64,000 nt of DNA from an uncultured archaeon (GTDB lineage: Archaea; Aenigmatarchaeota; Aenigmatarchaeia; QMZP01; JACQNV01). The stretch's first letter is position 1, and each line of letters begins with the position of its first letter. Positions 1 through 9,582 of the stretch are shown one piece after another. The notes beneath the pieces are model-generated. The model ran no database searches. It had not been told where the DNA came from and worked only from the letters and a program-made list of their open reading frames with translations. The translations under genes were made by a program, and so were the position numbers. The DNA lies in the NCBI GenBank assembly GCA_964410585.1, contig CAYPFW010000001.1:64001-128000 (forward strand), written 5' to 3'.

Positions 1-102
1 ACAAAATCTTTAACAAGCCCCTTTAAGCTATCCAACTGAGTCATACTGTTGATAAACCTCTTTATATTATATGGATAATTAAGTATAAAAGTGAAGAAAG
101 TT

Positions 103-468
103 ATGAAAGTTTTGATAGATACTAACATGTTTTTGGCCCCAGAAAAATTCAAGGCTGATATTTTTTCTCAGTTGAGAAACCTTGGCTATTTGAAAATTTA
201 CACTCTTTCCAAGGTTTTAGAAGAGTTGAAAAAAATATCCGAGAAAGGAGGAAAAAGTGCAAAGGCAGCAAAGATAGGCCTCATACTAATTGAAAAATAT
301 GATGTCAGGATTCTAGAATCTTCTGGACATGTTGATAAATCGCTTTTCAGCCTTTCAGAAGAATATGCAATTTGCACACAGGACAAAGACTTGATAAGAA
401 GGCTTACAGAAAATAGAAGAAGAGTCCTGTTCCTCAAACAAAAGAAGTTTCTGGTTGAAGAATTTTGA
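103..468 (+). CDS. PIN-domain ribonuclease (Fcf1/Utp24-like)
   Basis: VLIDTNM N-terminal PIN motif, V..EL, VD..L, ICTQDKDL..R; ATG at 103 preferred over GTG at 91. Confidence 0.8.
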   Translation: MKVLIDTNMFLAPEKFKADIFSQLRNLGYLKIYTLSKVLEELKKISEKGGKSAKAAKIGLILIEKYDVRILESSGHVDKSLFSLSEEYAICTQDKDLIRRLTENRRRVLFLKQKKFLVEEF

Positions 469-480
469 TTTCCTAAAACA

Positions 481-600
481 TATATTAGTTTTCTTCTGGG
501 TTATAAGGTCGTGTCTCGCTTGTTCAATAAAGACACGAGACATCTCATCAACAGTATAATGGGAGATGATGACTCTTCTTTTTCTAAAAGAAGAGGGTAT
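481..600 (-). mobile_element. Structured repeat, module A expanded with module C hairpins
   Basis: Minus strand reads TACCCTCTTCTTTTAGAAAAAGAAGAG (A hairpin), then CATCTC/GAGATG and TCGTGTCT/AGACACGA hairpins, then CCTTATAACCCAGAAGAAAACTAATATA (A tail). Confidence 0.7.
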
Positions 601-663
601 AACGAAATCTTTATAAATAGGTCTTGCATATAAAATAATTCGAACTTTTCAGTGGGGCTCTAT

Positions 664-2652
664 ATGGTTGTAATCGACAACAACATACTAATTGTTTTAG
701 GGACATCAATTCTAGCCCTTGTTTTTGCTGCAATTTCTGCTTTAAGTGTTTTGAAAAGCGATAAAGGAACCCCAAAAATGCTTGAGATCGCAAAAGCGAT
801 CCAAGAAGGCGCTTCAGCTTATTTGAAAAGGCAATACAAAATTGTTTTCGTAATTGTGATTGTCCTTGCTGTTGTTTTTGGTCTTGTCTTTGGTTTGGCA
901 ACTGCGATATCATTTGTTTTTGGTGCAATTCTTTCAGCTGTTGCAGGATTTTTAGGAATGAACATTTCTGTGCGCGCAAATGTTAGAACAGCGCAGGCAG
1001 CTAGCAAAGGTTTGAAAAGCGCTTTGACCTTGTCATACAGAGGAGGCGCAGTAACTGGTTTCTCAGTTGCAGGTTTAGCCCTTCTAGGCAGCGTCTTATT
1101 ATACATAGTATATGGTGATCCAAAATTGATCATAGGTTTCACTTTTGGTGCTTCTTTGATAAGTTTATTTGCTAGAGTTGGTGGCGGAATTTACACAAAG
1201 GGTGCTGATGTCGGCGCTGATTTGGTTGGAAAAGTAGAAGCAGGCATACCAGAAGATGATCCAAGGAATCCAGCAGTTATTGCAGACAATGTCGGTGACA
1301 ATGTAGGCGACTGCGCAGGCATGGCAGCTGACTTGTTCGAATCTTATGTTGTAACAGCCCTTGCGGCAATGATACTTGGCTTAAGTTTAGGCGCTTCAGG
1401 CGTTTTATACCCACTTCTAATGGGTGGTGTTGCAATCATCGCATCAATCATCGGAACATTTTTCGTAAGGACAAATAATGAAAATAAAATATGGTCTGTT
1501 TTAAACAGAAGCGTAATAGTCACAGCAATTATTTCAGCAGTAGCGTTTTACTTTTTAACAACTTCACTGTTCAGCGATTTAAAATTATTTTACGCAGCTT
1601 TGACAGGTTTAGTAACAACTGTTTTGATTGGCCAGATCACAGAATACTACACAGGAAGGGATAGAAGACCAGTGAAAGAAATAGCAGAAGCATCAAAAAC
1701 AGGCGCTGCTACAAATTTGATCCGTGGCTTGTCAACAGGCATGATGTCAACCCTTCTTCCAGTTATTGTAATAGTTGCAGCAATTTACCTATCATTCTAT
1801 TTCGGCGGTGTTTATGGAATAGCGATTGCAGCAATGGCAATGCTTTCACTGACAGCTGTAATAGTTTCAGTTGATTCATTTGGTCCAATCACAGACAATG
1901 CGGGTGGAATTGCAGAAATGTCAAACCTTCCTGAAAAAGTCAGGAAAGTCACAGATGCTTTGGATGCTGTTGGAAATACAACAAAAGCAGTCACAAAAGG
2001 TGTGGCTATAGGATCTGCAGCTTTGGCTGCTCTCTCCTTGTTTGCAGCATATTCAGCAGAAGTTGGTTTAACATCTATTGATATGATGAAGCCAACTGTT
2101 GTTATCGGTTTGTTCATTGGTGGTATGCTTCCTTTCCTATTCTCAGCTTTGACAATGGGTGCAGTTGGTAGATCAGCTTTCTCAATTGTTACAGAAGTCA
2201 GAAGACAATTCAAAGAAATAAAGGGCATAATGAAAGGCACAGCAAAGCCAGACTATGCTAAATGTGTTGAAATTGTCACAGCAGCTGCTCAAAAAGAACT
2301 TTTGCTTCCTGGTTTGATTGCAATTGTAGCCCCTCTGCTTGTTGGCTTTGTCTTAGGTGTAGAAGCACTTGGTGGCCTTTTAGGCGGTTCGATAGTCACA
2401 GGTTTGCTTTTAGCAATCACAATGACAACAGGTGGTGCAGCTTGGGATAATGCAAAGAAATACATAGAAGTCGGCAACTTAGGTGGCAAAGGATCAGATG
2501 CTCACAAGGCTGCTGTAGTAGGTGATACAGTTGGTGATCCATTCAAAGACACATCAGGCCCAGCTTTGAACCCACTGATAAAGGTGTTGAATACAGTGGC
2601 TATTTTGTTCGCAACATTGATAGCTGCATACACTTTATTGCCAGTAATTTAA
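664..2652 (+). CDS. hppA: Membrane H+-translocating pyrophosphatase, K+-independent type
   Basis: [41 protein letters not shown] (Lys at the K+-independence position), [10 protein letters not shown]. Confidence 0.97.
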   Translation: MVVIDNNILIVLGTSILALVFAAISALSVLKSDKGTPKMLEIAKAIQEGASAYLKRQYKIVFVIVIVLAVVFGLVFGLATAISFVFGAILSAVAGFLGMNISVRANVRTAQAASKGLKSALTLSYRGGAVTGFSVAGLALLGSVLLYIVYGDPKLIIGFTFGASLISLFARVGGGIYTKGADVGADLVGKVEAGIPEDDPRNPAVIADNVGDNVGDCAGMAADLFESYVVTALAAMILGLSLGASGVLYPLLMGGVAIIASIIGTFFVRTNNENKIWSVLNRSVIVTAIISAVAFYFLTTSLFSDLKLFYAALTGLVTTVLIGQITEYYTGRDRRPVKEIAEASKTGAATNLIRGLSTGMMSTLLPVIVIVAAIYLSFYFGGVYGIAIAAMAMLSLTAVIVSVDSFGPITDNAGGIAEMSNLPEKVRKVTDALDAVGNTTKAVTKGVAIGSAALAALSLFAAYSAEVGLTSIDMMKPTVVIGLFIGGMLPFLFSALTMGAVGRSAFSIVTEVRRQFKEIKGIMKGTAKPDYAKCVEIVTAAAQKELLLPGLIAIVAPLLVGFVLGVEALGGLLGGSIVTGLLLAITMTTGGAAWDNAKKYIEVGNLGGKGSDAHKAAVVGDTVGDPFKDTSGPALNPLIKVLNTVAILFATLIAAYTLLPVI

Positions 2653-2736
2653 GCTTTTTCTGGGAAAAAGGCTTAAGCCAAAAATAGGAGCCTAATTTTT
2701 TGCTCAGTTCGCTTCGCAAAAAATTTACGGCTTCCA
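2650..2736 (-). mobile_element. Structured repeat, module B
   Basis: Minus strand: GGAAGCCGTAAATTTTTTGC...GCAAAAAATTAGGCTCC-TATTTTTGGCTTAAGCCTTTTTCCCAGAAAAAGCTTA; overlaps the hppA stop. Confidence 0.85.
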
Positions 2737-2776
2737 TTATTAATTTTATAAAGAGTTATATCCAATTTCTTATATT

Positions 2777-3304
2777 ATGCCAACACAAAAAAAAACAACG
2801 ATACACTTTGTAATCACAGGTGGGACAATTGATTCTTTCTACGACGGCACAAAAGACACAGCTGTGCCAAGCGAGCACTCTATTATTCCCAGATTTATCA
2901 AAAGTTTGAAGCTTTATTCTGAATCAGAATTTACAGAAGTCTGTATGAAGGATAGTAGAAGCCTCAATCAACAAGACTTGAAAAATGTTCTGAAAGCAGC
3001 TGAAAGCAGTCCACATAAAAAAATAATAATCACACACGGAACCTACACAATGCCGGACACCGCGAAATATCTTAAAGCAAACCTAAAACGCAAAGACCAG
3101 ACAATAATTTTCACAGGCTCGATGATACCTATTCTTGGTTTTTCCCCTTCTGATGGACCTTTCAGCATAGGTTTCTCAATTGCAAAAGTTCAGGATCTGG
3201 GTCCCGGAATTTATGTCTGCATGAATGGCAGGGTTTTCTCCCCAGATGAAATAGTCAAACAGCTTTCAGAAGGCAGGTTTGTTTCTGTTTTTGGTGAGAA
3301 ATAA
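2777..3304 (+). CDS. Asparaginase N-terminal-domain protein
   Basis: TGGTID, KDS, ITHGTYTM, TGSMIP. Confidence 0.9.
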   Translation: MPTQKKTTIHFVITGGTIDSFYDGTKDTAVPSEHSIIPRFIKSLKLYSESEFTEVCMKDSRSLNQQDLKNVLKAAESSPHKKIIITHGTYTMPDTAKYLKANLKRKDQTIIFTGSMIPILGFSPSDGPFSIGFSIAKVQDLGPGIYVCMNGRVFSPDEIVKQLSEGRFVSVFGEK

Positions 3305-4024
3305 ATTTTTCCCAAACCCGCAATTTTCCAGAAGCGGACACCCTCTGCATTCGGGCTCTTTTTTGCAAAACCTTTTTGCGTGCTCAACAAGAAGGGCGTG
3401 GTATTCTTGGTATAGTTTTACGTCTTTTGGTAAATTGGTTTCAAAAAAATCTTTTACTTCTTCGTATTTGTTCCAATTGGTTTTTGGTGATTTTTCTTCT
3501 GATGCTGAAAAACTTTTTCCTTTTTGTTCTCTTTCAGAAAATAGACGACCAAAAATTCTCCTAGTATATGCATCCACAACAAACTCAGGCTTTCCGCATG
3601 CATACAGAAGAATGGAGTCAGCTGTTTCTGGGCCTATCCCCTTGAGGCTTAGAAGTTGTTCCCTTGTCAAATTTTCAAATTTTTTATTCTGGATAAATTC
3701 TGAAAAAGTTTTCAGCTTCTCAGCTTTCTGCACAAAAAAACCAGAGGGCCGAATTACTTTTTCCAAATCTTTCTGCGGAATTTTCCTGAGCTTTTGTATA
3801 TCGATTAAATTTTCTCTGTTCAAGTTCAGAATCGCTTTTTCAACATTTTTCCAAGAAGTATTTTGGGACAAAATCGCACCGATGGCTACCTCAAATCTCT
3901 GTTTATCATTTTTAGGTCCGCCTGTATATTTTGGTTTTAGATCGCCTTCTTGGGTAGTTGGCCACCAGTTCTGAGGACCATAATCTTTCAAAAATATATT
4001 ATAAAATTTCAATAAATTTTCCAT
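3266..4024 (-). CDS. HhH-GPD / endonuclease III-related DNA glycosylase
   Basis: GAILSQNTSWKNV, LKGIGPETADSILLYA, VVDAYTRR, C-x6-C-x2-C-x5-C Fe-S motif. Confidence 0.92.
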   Translation of the reverse strand: MENLLKFYNIFLKDYGPQNWWPTTQEGDLKPKYTGGPKNDKQRFEVAIGAILSQNTSWKNVEKAILNLNRENLIDIQKLRKIPQKDLEKVIRPSGFFVQKAEKLKTFSEFIQNKKFENLTREQLLSLKGIGPETADSILLYACGKPEFVVDAYTRRIFGRLFSEREQKGKSFSASEEKSPKTNWNKYEEVKDFFETNLPKDVKLYQEYHALLVEHAKRFCKKEPECRGCPLLENCGFGKNLFLTKNRNKPAF

Positions 4025-4033
4025 AGAAATCAG

Positions 4034-4105
4034 TGAGCCTGCGAGGATTCGAACCTCGATTAGCCGGTCCGAAGCCGGCTGTACTGTCCATTATACTACA
4101 GGCCC
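4034..4105 (-). tRNA. tRNA-Arg(UCG), no intron, CCA not encoded
   Basis: GGGCCTG/CAGGCTC acceptor stem, GCCGG-CTTCGGA-CCGGC anticodon arm, GGTTCGAATCC T-arm. Confidence 0.93.
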
Positions 4106-4137
4106 ATGAATAGAATAGTGATTAATTGGACTTAAAT

Positions 4138-4605
4138 CTAAAAAACCAAAGCCTCGACAACCTTCGGCAAATCCATGGATTTCATAGAAACGGAAACTGA
4201 TCTGTCTCCTGCATTAAAATTAACTATATTGTTTTCAAAAATACTTTTATCCATATAAGTTTTTATTCTGTGCTCTTGTTTTCTTTTTGTGTGGCCAAAT
4301 GGTGGAACACCGCCTATTTCGCATCCAGTCTCTTCCAAAACCTCTTCTTGAGAAGCAAATTTCAAGTCTTTTGTGTTTTCCATTTGCTCGATTTTTTTGA
4401 AATCTATTTTTTTGTCAGCTGGAAGAAGAACTAAAATGAACTTCCCTTGCCTGGTTTTAAGGAGCATTGCTTTGACGCCTGTTTTGAGCTCAACTCCCCT
4501 TATCCTAGATGCTTCTTCACTTGTTTTGACAGGTTCGTGTTCGAACCTTTTGTATTCTATTCCTCTACTGTCCAAAGTTTGGAAAAGATTTTCAACAGTA
4601 TTCAT
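4138..4605 (-). CDS. YbaK/ProX aminoacyl-tRNA deacylase
   Basis: VKAMLLK, GCEIGGVPPFGH, FNAG. Confidence 0.92.
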   Translation of the reverse strand: MNTVENLFQTLDSRGIEYKRFEHEPVKTSEEASRIRGVELKTGVKAMLLKTRQGKFILVLLPADKKIDFKKIEQMENTKDLKFASQEEVLEETGCEIGGVPPFGHTKRKQEHRIKTYMDKSIFENNIVNFNAGDRSVSVSMKSMDLPKVVEALVF

Positions 4606-5009
4606 ATTTTTTTGCTCCCCAGATCTTCAAAAAACCTAAGTAAGTAACCATCAGGATCCTGAACTAAAAATTGTCTGTTTCCCATTTCAACATTTTTCAC
4701 CTTGTACCATTTTTCTTCAGGTTCAAGAAAAAGGTTAATTTTGTTTTTTCTCAGCCTTCTAATTAATGGATCTATTTTATTCACTTCTATCTGAAAATTT
4801 ATTCCTCTCCCTAGAGGATATTCAAGTTTATCTGTTTTCCATTTTGTGCCTTCATCAATCATAATCTGCGATTTTCCCAAAGATAGAAATGCAAAACCTT
4901 CCTCTATTCTGGAATATTCAACTTTAAATCCAAGAATTTTTGTGTAAAAATTTAGACTTTTTTCCAGCTTAGAAACAGTTAATTCAGGAATTAGTTTATT
5001 GAATTTCAT
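4602..5009 (-). CDS. VOC / glyoxalase-bleomycin resistance family protein
   Basis: LIPELTVS..SLNFY..LGF, RQFLVQDPDGYLLRF; start reassigned to ATG 5009. Confidence 0.9.
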   Translation of the reverse strand: MKFNKLIPELTVSKLEKSLNFYTKILGFKVEYSRIEEGFAFLSLGKSQIMIDEGTKWKTDKLEYPLGRGINFQIEVNKIDPLIRRLRKNKINLFLEPEEKWYKVKNVEMGNRQFLVQDPDGYLLRFFEDLGSKKI

Positions 5010-5011
5010 AG

Positions 5012-5533
5012 CTAGCCAATATAAGAAACTGCCTTCTTTATCTCTGTTTGATGCTGCTCTACAAGCTCTTCGGACAAATAATAGGCAAGCATAAGGCCTG
5101 TTTCTATGGCCAATCGAGATAAATCCAGACAATAGAAAACAATTTCAGAGACCCCAAGTTTTGCCTTTGGTAAATTTTCCAAAATTGGAGCGTATTCAAA
5201 CTGGTCAGCTATTATATCTACCAATTCAGGCCCATCCTCTCCTGGCATATAAAATGTTCCTATGTCATATCCATGTTTTAAGTGTAAGCCAATAAATTCT
5301 CTTATTCCTTTTTCAACCTCTTTATCATGCTTCTTCGATTCTTTTAATGAGTTTATAAGACCGTTTGTTTGAGAAAACAGAACCTCAATTGCTTCTAAAA
5401 CTTTGTCTTTTGAGTCCTCATCTAGACAATATCCAAATATGTTAATCAAAATATTTTTTGTATTTTCGTCTACGTAATCAGGAATTTTGATGTTGAAAGA
5501 GCATGTTTTTCCCTTAATGTTATACTTAGACAT
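5012..5533 (-). CDS. Hypothetical protein
   Basis: 173-aa ORF, co-oriented with and abutting its neighbours. Confidence 0.7.
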   Translation of the reverse strand: MSKYNIKGKTCSFNIKIPDYVDENTKNILINIFGYCLDEDSKDKVLEAIEVLFSQTNGLINSLKESKKHDKEVEKGIREFIGLHLKHGYDIGTFYMPGEDGPELVDIIADQFEYAPILENLPKAKLGVSEIVFYCLDLSRLAIETGLMLAYYLSEELVEQHQTEIKKAVSYIG

Positions 5534-5539
5534 AAAAAA

Positions 5540-5668
5540 TTATCCCGCTGATTTCTTTAACACACCATCGCAATCTGGACACATTCCAGGATCCTTAAAC
5601 ATGCCTTTGCAGACCATGCATGCATATAGTGCTTTTTGTTTATCTACTTGTGGTTTTGACTGTTTCAT
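5540..5668 (-). CDS. Zinc-ribbon microprotein (42 aa), not in ORF track
   Basis: MKQSKPQVDKQKALYACMVCKGMFKDPGMCPDCDGVLKKSAG; CxxC and CPxC. Confidence 0.7.
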   Translation of the reverse strand: MKQSKPQVDKQKALYACMVCKGMFKDPGMCPDCDGVLKKSAG

Positions 5669-5725
5669 ACATTAAATGGTCTTTGACAATTATATATTTT
5701 TATAATGGTTGGGCCAATAATTAAG

Positions 5726-6802
5726 ATGAAATTTGCACTTTTGGTTTTCTTGGTTGCCATACTCCCATTTGTTTCGGCACATGAAGGTGGCGATGAACCC
5801 CTAGATGATCTTTCCCTTTCATTCAAAACAATACCCAAACCATATGTCAATTCAGAGGCCTTTCTCGAATTGCATGTAGACGAGGAAGGTTTAGCAGTTG
5901 AAAACCTGAATATAACATTCACCGTTGACAGGCACGATATAGGTGTGTCTGACAAAACAGCAACAGTGGAGAGGGAACCTGGAACATATTTTGCAAAGTA
6001 TGTCTTCCCTAAAGCCGGCTTATGGGAAGTTCATGTTGAGTTCGAGTCTGATGGAAAGGAAATAAGGAAAACTTTTACCTTTGACGTAGAAGAGTCTTCA
6101 AACTATTTTTTTGGGGTTGATTCCAGAATGCTTATAATTGCAACTGTTGTTGTTTTACTTGCTTTCATATGGCTAACAGGTTTAAGAGGAAAGCAAAAAC
6201 ATTTTAGAAGGTCTTCTATAGCCACAATTGTTGTTTTGGCTTTGGTTGGCTTAGGTTATTCGCTTTCAATTTACTTTTCAACTGGTGCTGCATCTGAAGG
6301 CGTGGTGACATGCCCAGATTCTTCAAAACCAAATGAGTGTTTTTGGCAAGCTCATTGGCATGCGTTCATTGTCCCTGAATTGTGTGGCGAGGAGCAGAGG
6401 CTTGAGGTAGAAAAAGGAGCGCTCACAGGACCCCATACACACGAAGAGAAAAATCTAATCCATTGGCACGATAGGATACCAATAGACAAATCAACAGGAG
6501 CCCTGAAAGATGCAACACCTCTTTCTTTGGGAGCATTTTTTGATGCAATTAAAATAGACTTCACATCTGAAAATTTCTTGGGAAAGAAAAATGGCGATCT
6601 TTGTTCAGGAAAGCAAGGCACCTTCAAACTCTTCCACAAAAAGAAAGGCGAACAGTTCAAAAAATTCGAAGGTGATCCAAGAGAACTTGTTTGGAGAGAT
6701 CGGAGTATTGTTGCAATTGTTTTTGACGAAAAAACAGAACAAGAAGCCTTGGAAGAATTGAACAGAAAGAGTATTGAATTTCCTGTGTTGGGGACTGGCT
6801 AG
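5726..6802 (+). CDS. Secreted/membrane protein with YtkA/FixH-like Ig domain and His-rich C-terminal domain
   Basis: Signal peptide ending SA-HEG, PGTY..FPKAGLWEVHV, 2 TM helices, HWHA / HTHE / IHWHD. Confidence 0.7.
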   Translation: MKFALLVFLVAILPFVSAHEGGDEPLDDLSLSFKTIPKPYVNSEAFLELHVDEEGLAVENLNITFTVDRHDIGVSDKTATVEREPGTYFAKYVFPKAGLWEVHVEFESDGKEIRKTFTFDVEESSNYFFGVDSRMLIIATVVVLLAFIWLTGLRGKQKHFRRSSIATIVVLALVGLGYSLSIYFSTGAASEGVVTCPDSSKPNECFWQAHWHAFIVPELCGEEQRLEVEKGALTGPHTHEEKNLIHWHDRIPIDKSTGALKDATPLSLGAFFDAIKIDFTSENFLGKKNGDLCSGKQGTFKLFHKKKGEQFKKFEGDPRELVWRDRSIVAIVFDEKTEQEALEELNRKSIEFPVLGTG

Positions 6803-6825
6803 GCTTTTCAGGAAAACGGTTTACA
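6799..6825 (+). repeat. Minimal module A copy (head joined to tail)
   Basis: CTAGGCTTTTCAGGAAAACGGTTTACA spans both stop codons of convergent genes. Confidence 0.5.
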
Positions 6826-7375
6826 TGTATCGATAAAGTATATACTTCTTTGCAACTCCAGGCAATTTGTTTTTGACAAAAACAAACTCAATGACTTCTT
6901 TTATATCCCAAACAGGCACAGGTTTCTTGGATTTTCCAAATCTTTTGTCTAAAATTAAAATTACTTCCTTTGTCATTTTCTCTGCAAAATTTCCATCTTT
7001 TATATGGGATTGGTGCAAGCTTTTTTGGATTGATTTGAAAATTTTCTCTGAGTTGAAATCTTCTGTTGTTCCGTCCCTTTTTTCAACTTTTTTAATTTTT
7101 GATTTTTTTGAATGGAGCCAAACAAACATGTATGTGTCACAAACCCTGATCATATTGTTTTCTTTGAAAACAGAGCAAACAGATGATCTCACATCTTCTA
7201 CAGAGACCAAATCTTTCTTCTTTTTCTCCAGAGCCTTCAAAACATCGTCTGCCAAAACTTCTGGCGGGCAAAGTTTGAAATTCGCTTGATGGCACGCCTT
7301 AGCTATGCTTTTGGTTAGTTTTTTCTTCTCAAATTTCTCAATTGTTCCGTCTCTTTTTCTTATCTTTTTTATCAT
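6821..7375 (-). CDS. Stand-alone tandem ATP-cone protein
   Basis: Two KRDG..E.F...K cones; ends AKKYILYR. Confidence 0.88.
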   Translation of the reverse strand: MIKKIRKRDGTIEKFEKKKLTKSIAKACHQANFKLCPPEVLADDVLKALEKKKKDLVSVEDVRSSVCSVFKENNMIRVCDTYMFVWLHSKKSKIKKVEKRDGTTEDFNSEKIFKSIQKSLHQSHIKDGNFAEKMTKEVILILDKRFGKSKKPVPVWDIKEVIEFVFVKNKLPGVAKKYILYRYM

Positions 7376-7376
7376 A

Positions 7377-8189
7377 CTAATCACGATGATAGCCAACCAA
7401 ATACTTCAGTGTAGCCATTATAATTATTACTAGAGCTATTCCTCCTATTAAATGTAGAAGCAAATATGAAGCAACTGTTGAAATTATCCACACACCTAAG
7501 CCAGCCAAGAATAGGCCAACGAGCAACCTCATTAATCCTCTATTCTCCTTTCTCCACTTCTCCAAGTTTTTCAAACCAACACCAGAGTACGCCATGTAGA
7601 TTATAGCTAACAAAGGTGCAATGAAAACCAGGTTATACAAAAGCAAAAGCGGCATAGCAGTTAAATATGACATACCGCTCTGTGACATGTAACTAAGGAC
7701 AGCCAAGTATGGAGCGCCTGTGCAAGGAAGTTCAATTAGAGTGACAATAACTCCAAACATGAACGCAGAGATCAGGCTTCTGTGCGTTCCGCGCGCCCTT
7801 GTTTCAACAGTTGATACAAACCTTTTTGGCATTGCCAAAGAAAATCCGTGACCATACCAAAAGAAATCTTTAATTTCCAAAAAACCTGCAAGGATAACAA
7901 AACTTCCAATTACCATGTAGAACATTTGGCTCACCAAGGCAACTTCTCTCACAGCATTGAAAACTCCTAGAAGTGTGATTCCACCAAGCAAATAAGTGAC
8001 ATAGACACCGAGTGTATATACAAACCCATTAACCAAGATCCCCTTTCTATTTTTCGATTTAACCAAAACACTCAAAAGAAGAATCAAAACACCAATCACA
8101 CACGGATTTATAGAATCAATGAGGGCGCCTCCGAGAACAACAGGGATTGTAGCCTCTGGAGCCGCAACTATAACTTGTTCCAGTACCAT
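7377..8189 (-). CDS. CcdA/DsbD-like transmembrane thiol-redox protein
   Basis: DSINPC and ELPCTGAPY motifs, multiple TM helices. Confidence 0.82.
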   Translation of the reverse strand: MVLEQVIVAAPEATIPVVLGGALIDSINPCVIGVLILLLSVLVKSKNRKGILVNGFVYTLGVYVTYLLGGITLLGVFNAVREVALVSQMFYMVIGSFVILAGFLEIKDFFWYGHGFSLAMPKRFVSTVETRARGTHRSLISAFMFGVIVTLIELPCTGAPYLAVLSYMSQSGMSYLTAMPLLLLYNLVFIAPLLAIIYMAYSGVGLKNLEKWRKENRGLMRLLVGLFLAGLGVWIISTVASYLLLHLIGGIALVIIIMATLKYLVGYHRD

Positions 8190-8247
8190 ATTTGATATCT
8201 ATTCTTGCATCTATATATGTTTTGAAAAAATAGAAAATTGGAAAAAA

Positions 8248-8328
8248 TTAACAATATTCACAAACGTTTTTTGAGCTCTTTTTTGCTGGTTTTTTAGAGC
8301 TCTTCTTAGCTTTCTTTTTAGTTGCCAT
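8248..8328 (-). CDS. 26-aa Lys-rich microprotein ending in CEYC, not in ORF track
   Basis: MATKKKAKKSSKKPAKKSSKNVCEYC, preceded by SD-like GAGGCG. Confidence 0.6.
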   Translation of the reverse strand: MATKKKAKKSSKKPAKKSSKNVCEYC

Positions 8329-8391
8329 AAAATACGCCTCAAAGCGGCTTTATCCCCCTATATATTATTATTTCACCGACTAATAAATCAT

Positions 8392-9582
8392 ATGGAATTG
8401 CAAAACGCATACGGATTTATTTTGGGGAAAAACCAGGAGCTTTCAATAGCTGAAATTGTCTCCTATCTTTCTTCAAGAAGGGTAAATTTCGAGATCCTCA
8501 ATTTCACAAAAGATTTTCTGATTGTAAAGATAGATGATATTTCAAAAATCAAAATCCAGGACTTTGGCGGGACCTTGAAAATAGCTTCTATATCCTATTT
8601 TGAACAATATGAAAATTTTGACAACCTAAATTTTTCCAAATTTTTCCCTAAAAAAGAAACAACACTGGACTTTGGTGTGAGCCTTTATGGGGATTCCTAC
8701 AAGAAATTCAAGGCAATTTCCCTTGGAGTCAAAAAAGCTTTGAAGGAAATGGGAATAAAATCCAGTTATTTCCATTTAGAACCTCCGAGAACATCAACAA
8801 CACATGTTGAAGTCATAAACAAAAACCTTTTGCAAACAGCTGACTTGGTTTTCTGTAGGTTTGGGGACAAATACTATGTAGGAAAAACTTTGCAAATACA
8901 CAATCCATTTGAATTCCAGAAAAGGGATGTTTTCAAAGCTTCGCAAAGGGCAATGTATTCAATTCCGCCAAGGCTTGCAAAAATAATGATAAATTTTTTG
9001 GGAATTGAAAAGGGAACAGTACTTGATCCGTTTTGTGGTTTTGGTGCAATCCTCCAAGAAGCTGTGCTTTCTGGTTTTGATGTTCGCGGTTTGGATATAG
9101 AAAAAAATTGTGTCGATGCGTCTGTTGAAAATTTGCAGTGGATGGAAAAAGAATACAAAATCCAAATTCCAGGAATTTCGAGGAAGGTGATTCAGGGAAA
9201 TGCAAAAAGGCTTTCAAATTATTTTGAAAAAGAATCAATAGATGGAATTGCAGCAGAACCATATTTGGGCCCAGCCCTGAAAGCAAAACCAGATGCCTAT
9301 TTGTCCAAAAAAATTCTCCAAGAGTTGAGTCCGATGTACGAAGCTTTTTTCAGAGAGGCTTCTCAAATTTTGAAGCAGGGAGGAAGAATTTGCATTGTGT
9401 CCCCGCGCTTCCAAACACAAGTCGGGACATTCAAACTAGATATAGAAAGGCTTGGCGCAAAGTTTGGTTTGAGAACAGTAGATATTTTGAAACCATACAA
9501 AATCCAGCATACTGTGCCTATGTTAGACTTCGAAGAAAGACACAAGTTAATTAGGGAAATAAATGTGTTGGAGAAATTTTAG
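8392..9582 (+). CDS. Trm11-like tRNA (guanine-N2) methyltransferase
   Basis: SIPPRLAKIMIN, VLDPFCGFG, GLDI, EPYLGP. Confidence 0.82.
   Translation: MELQNAYGFILGKNQELSIAEIVSYLSSRRVNFEILNFTKDFLIVKIDDISKIKIQDFGGTLKIASISYFEQYENFDNLNFSKFFPKKETTLDFGVSLYGDSYKKFKAISLGVKKALKEMGIKSSYFHLEPPRTSTTHVEVINKNLLQTADLVFCRFGDKYYVGKTLQIHNPFEFQKRDVFKASQRAMYSIPPRLAKIMINFLGIEKGTVLDPFCGFGAILQEAVLSGFDVRGLDIEKNCVDASVENLQWMEKEYKIQIPGISRKVIQGNAKRLSNYFEKESIDGIAAEPYLGPALKAKPDAYLSKKILQELSPMYEAFFREASQILKQGGRICIVSPRFQTQVGTFKLDIERLGAKFGLRTVDILKPYKIQHTVPMLDFEERHKLIREINVLEKF

Noticed and set aside
4262-4297. Tail-like CAAAAAGAAAAC in the YbaK gene (TKRKQEHR)
   Set aside because: Too short and A-rich, with no hairpin, to distinguish from Lys/Arg codons.
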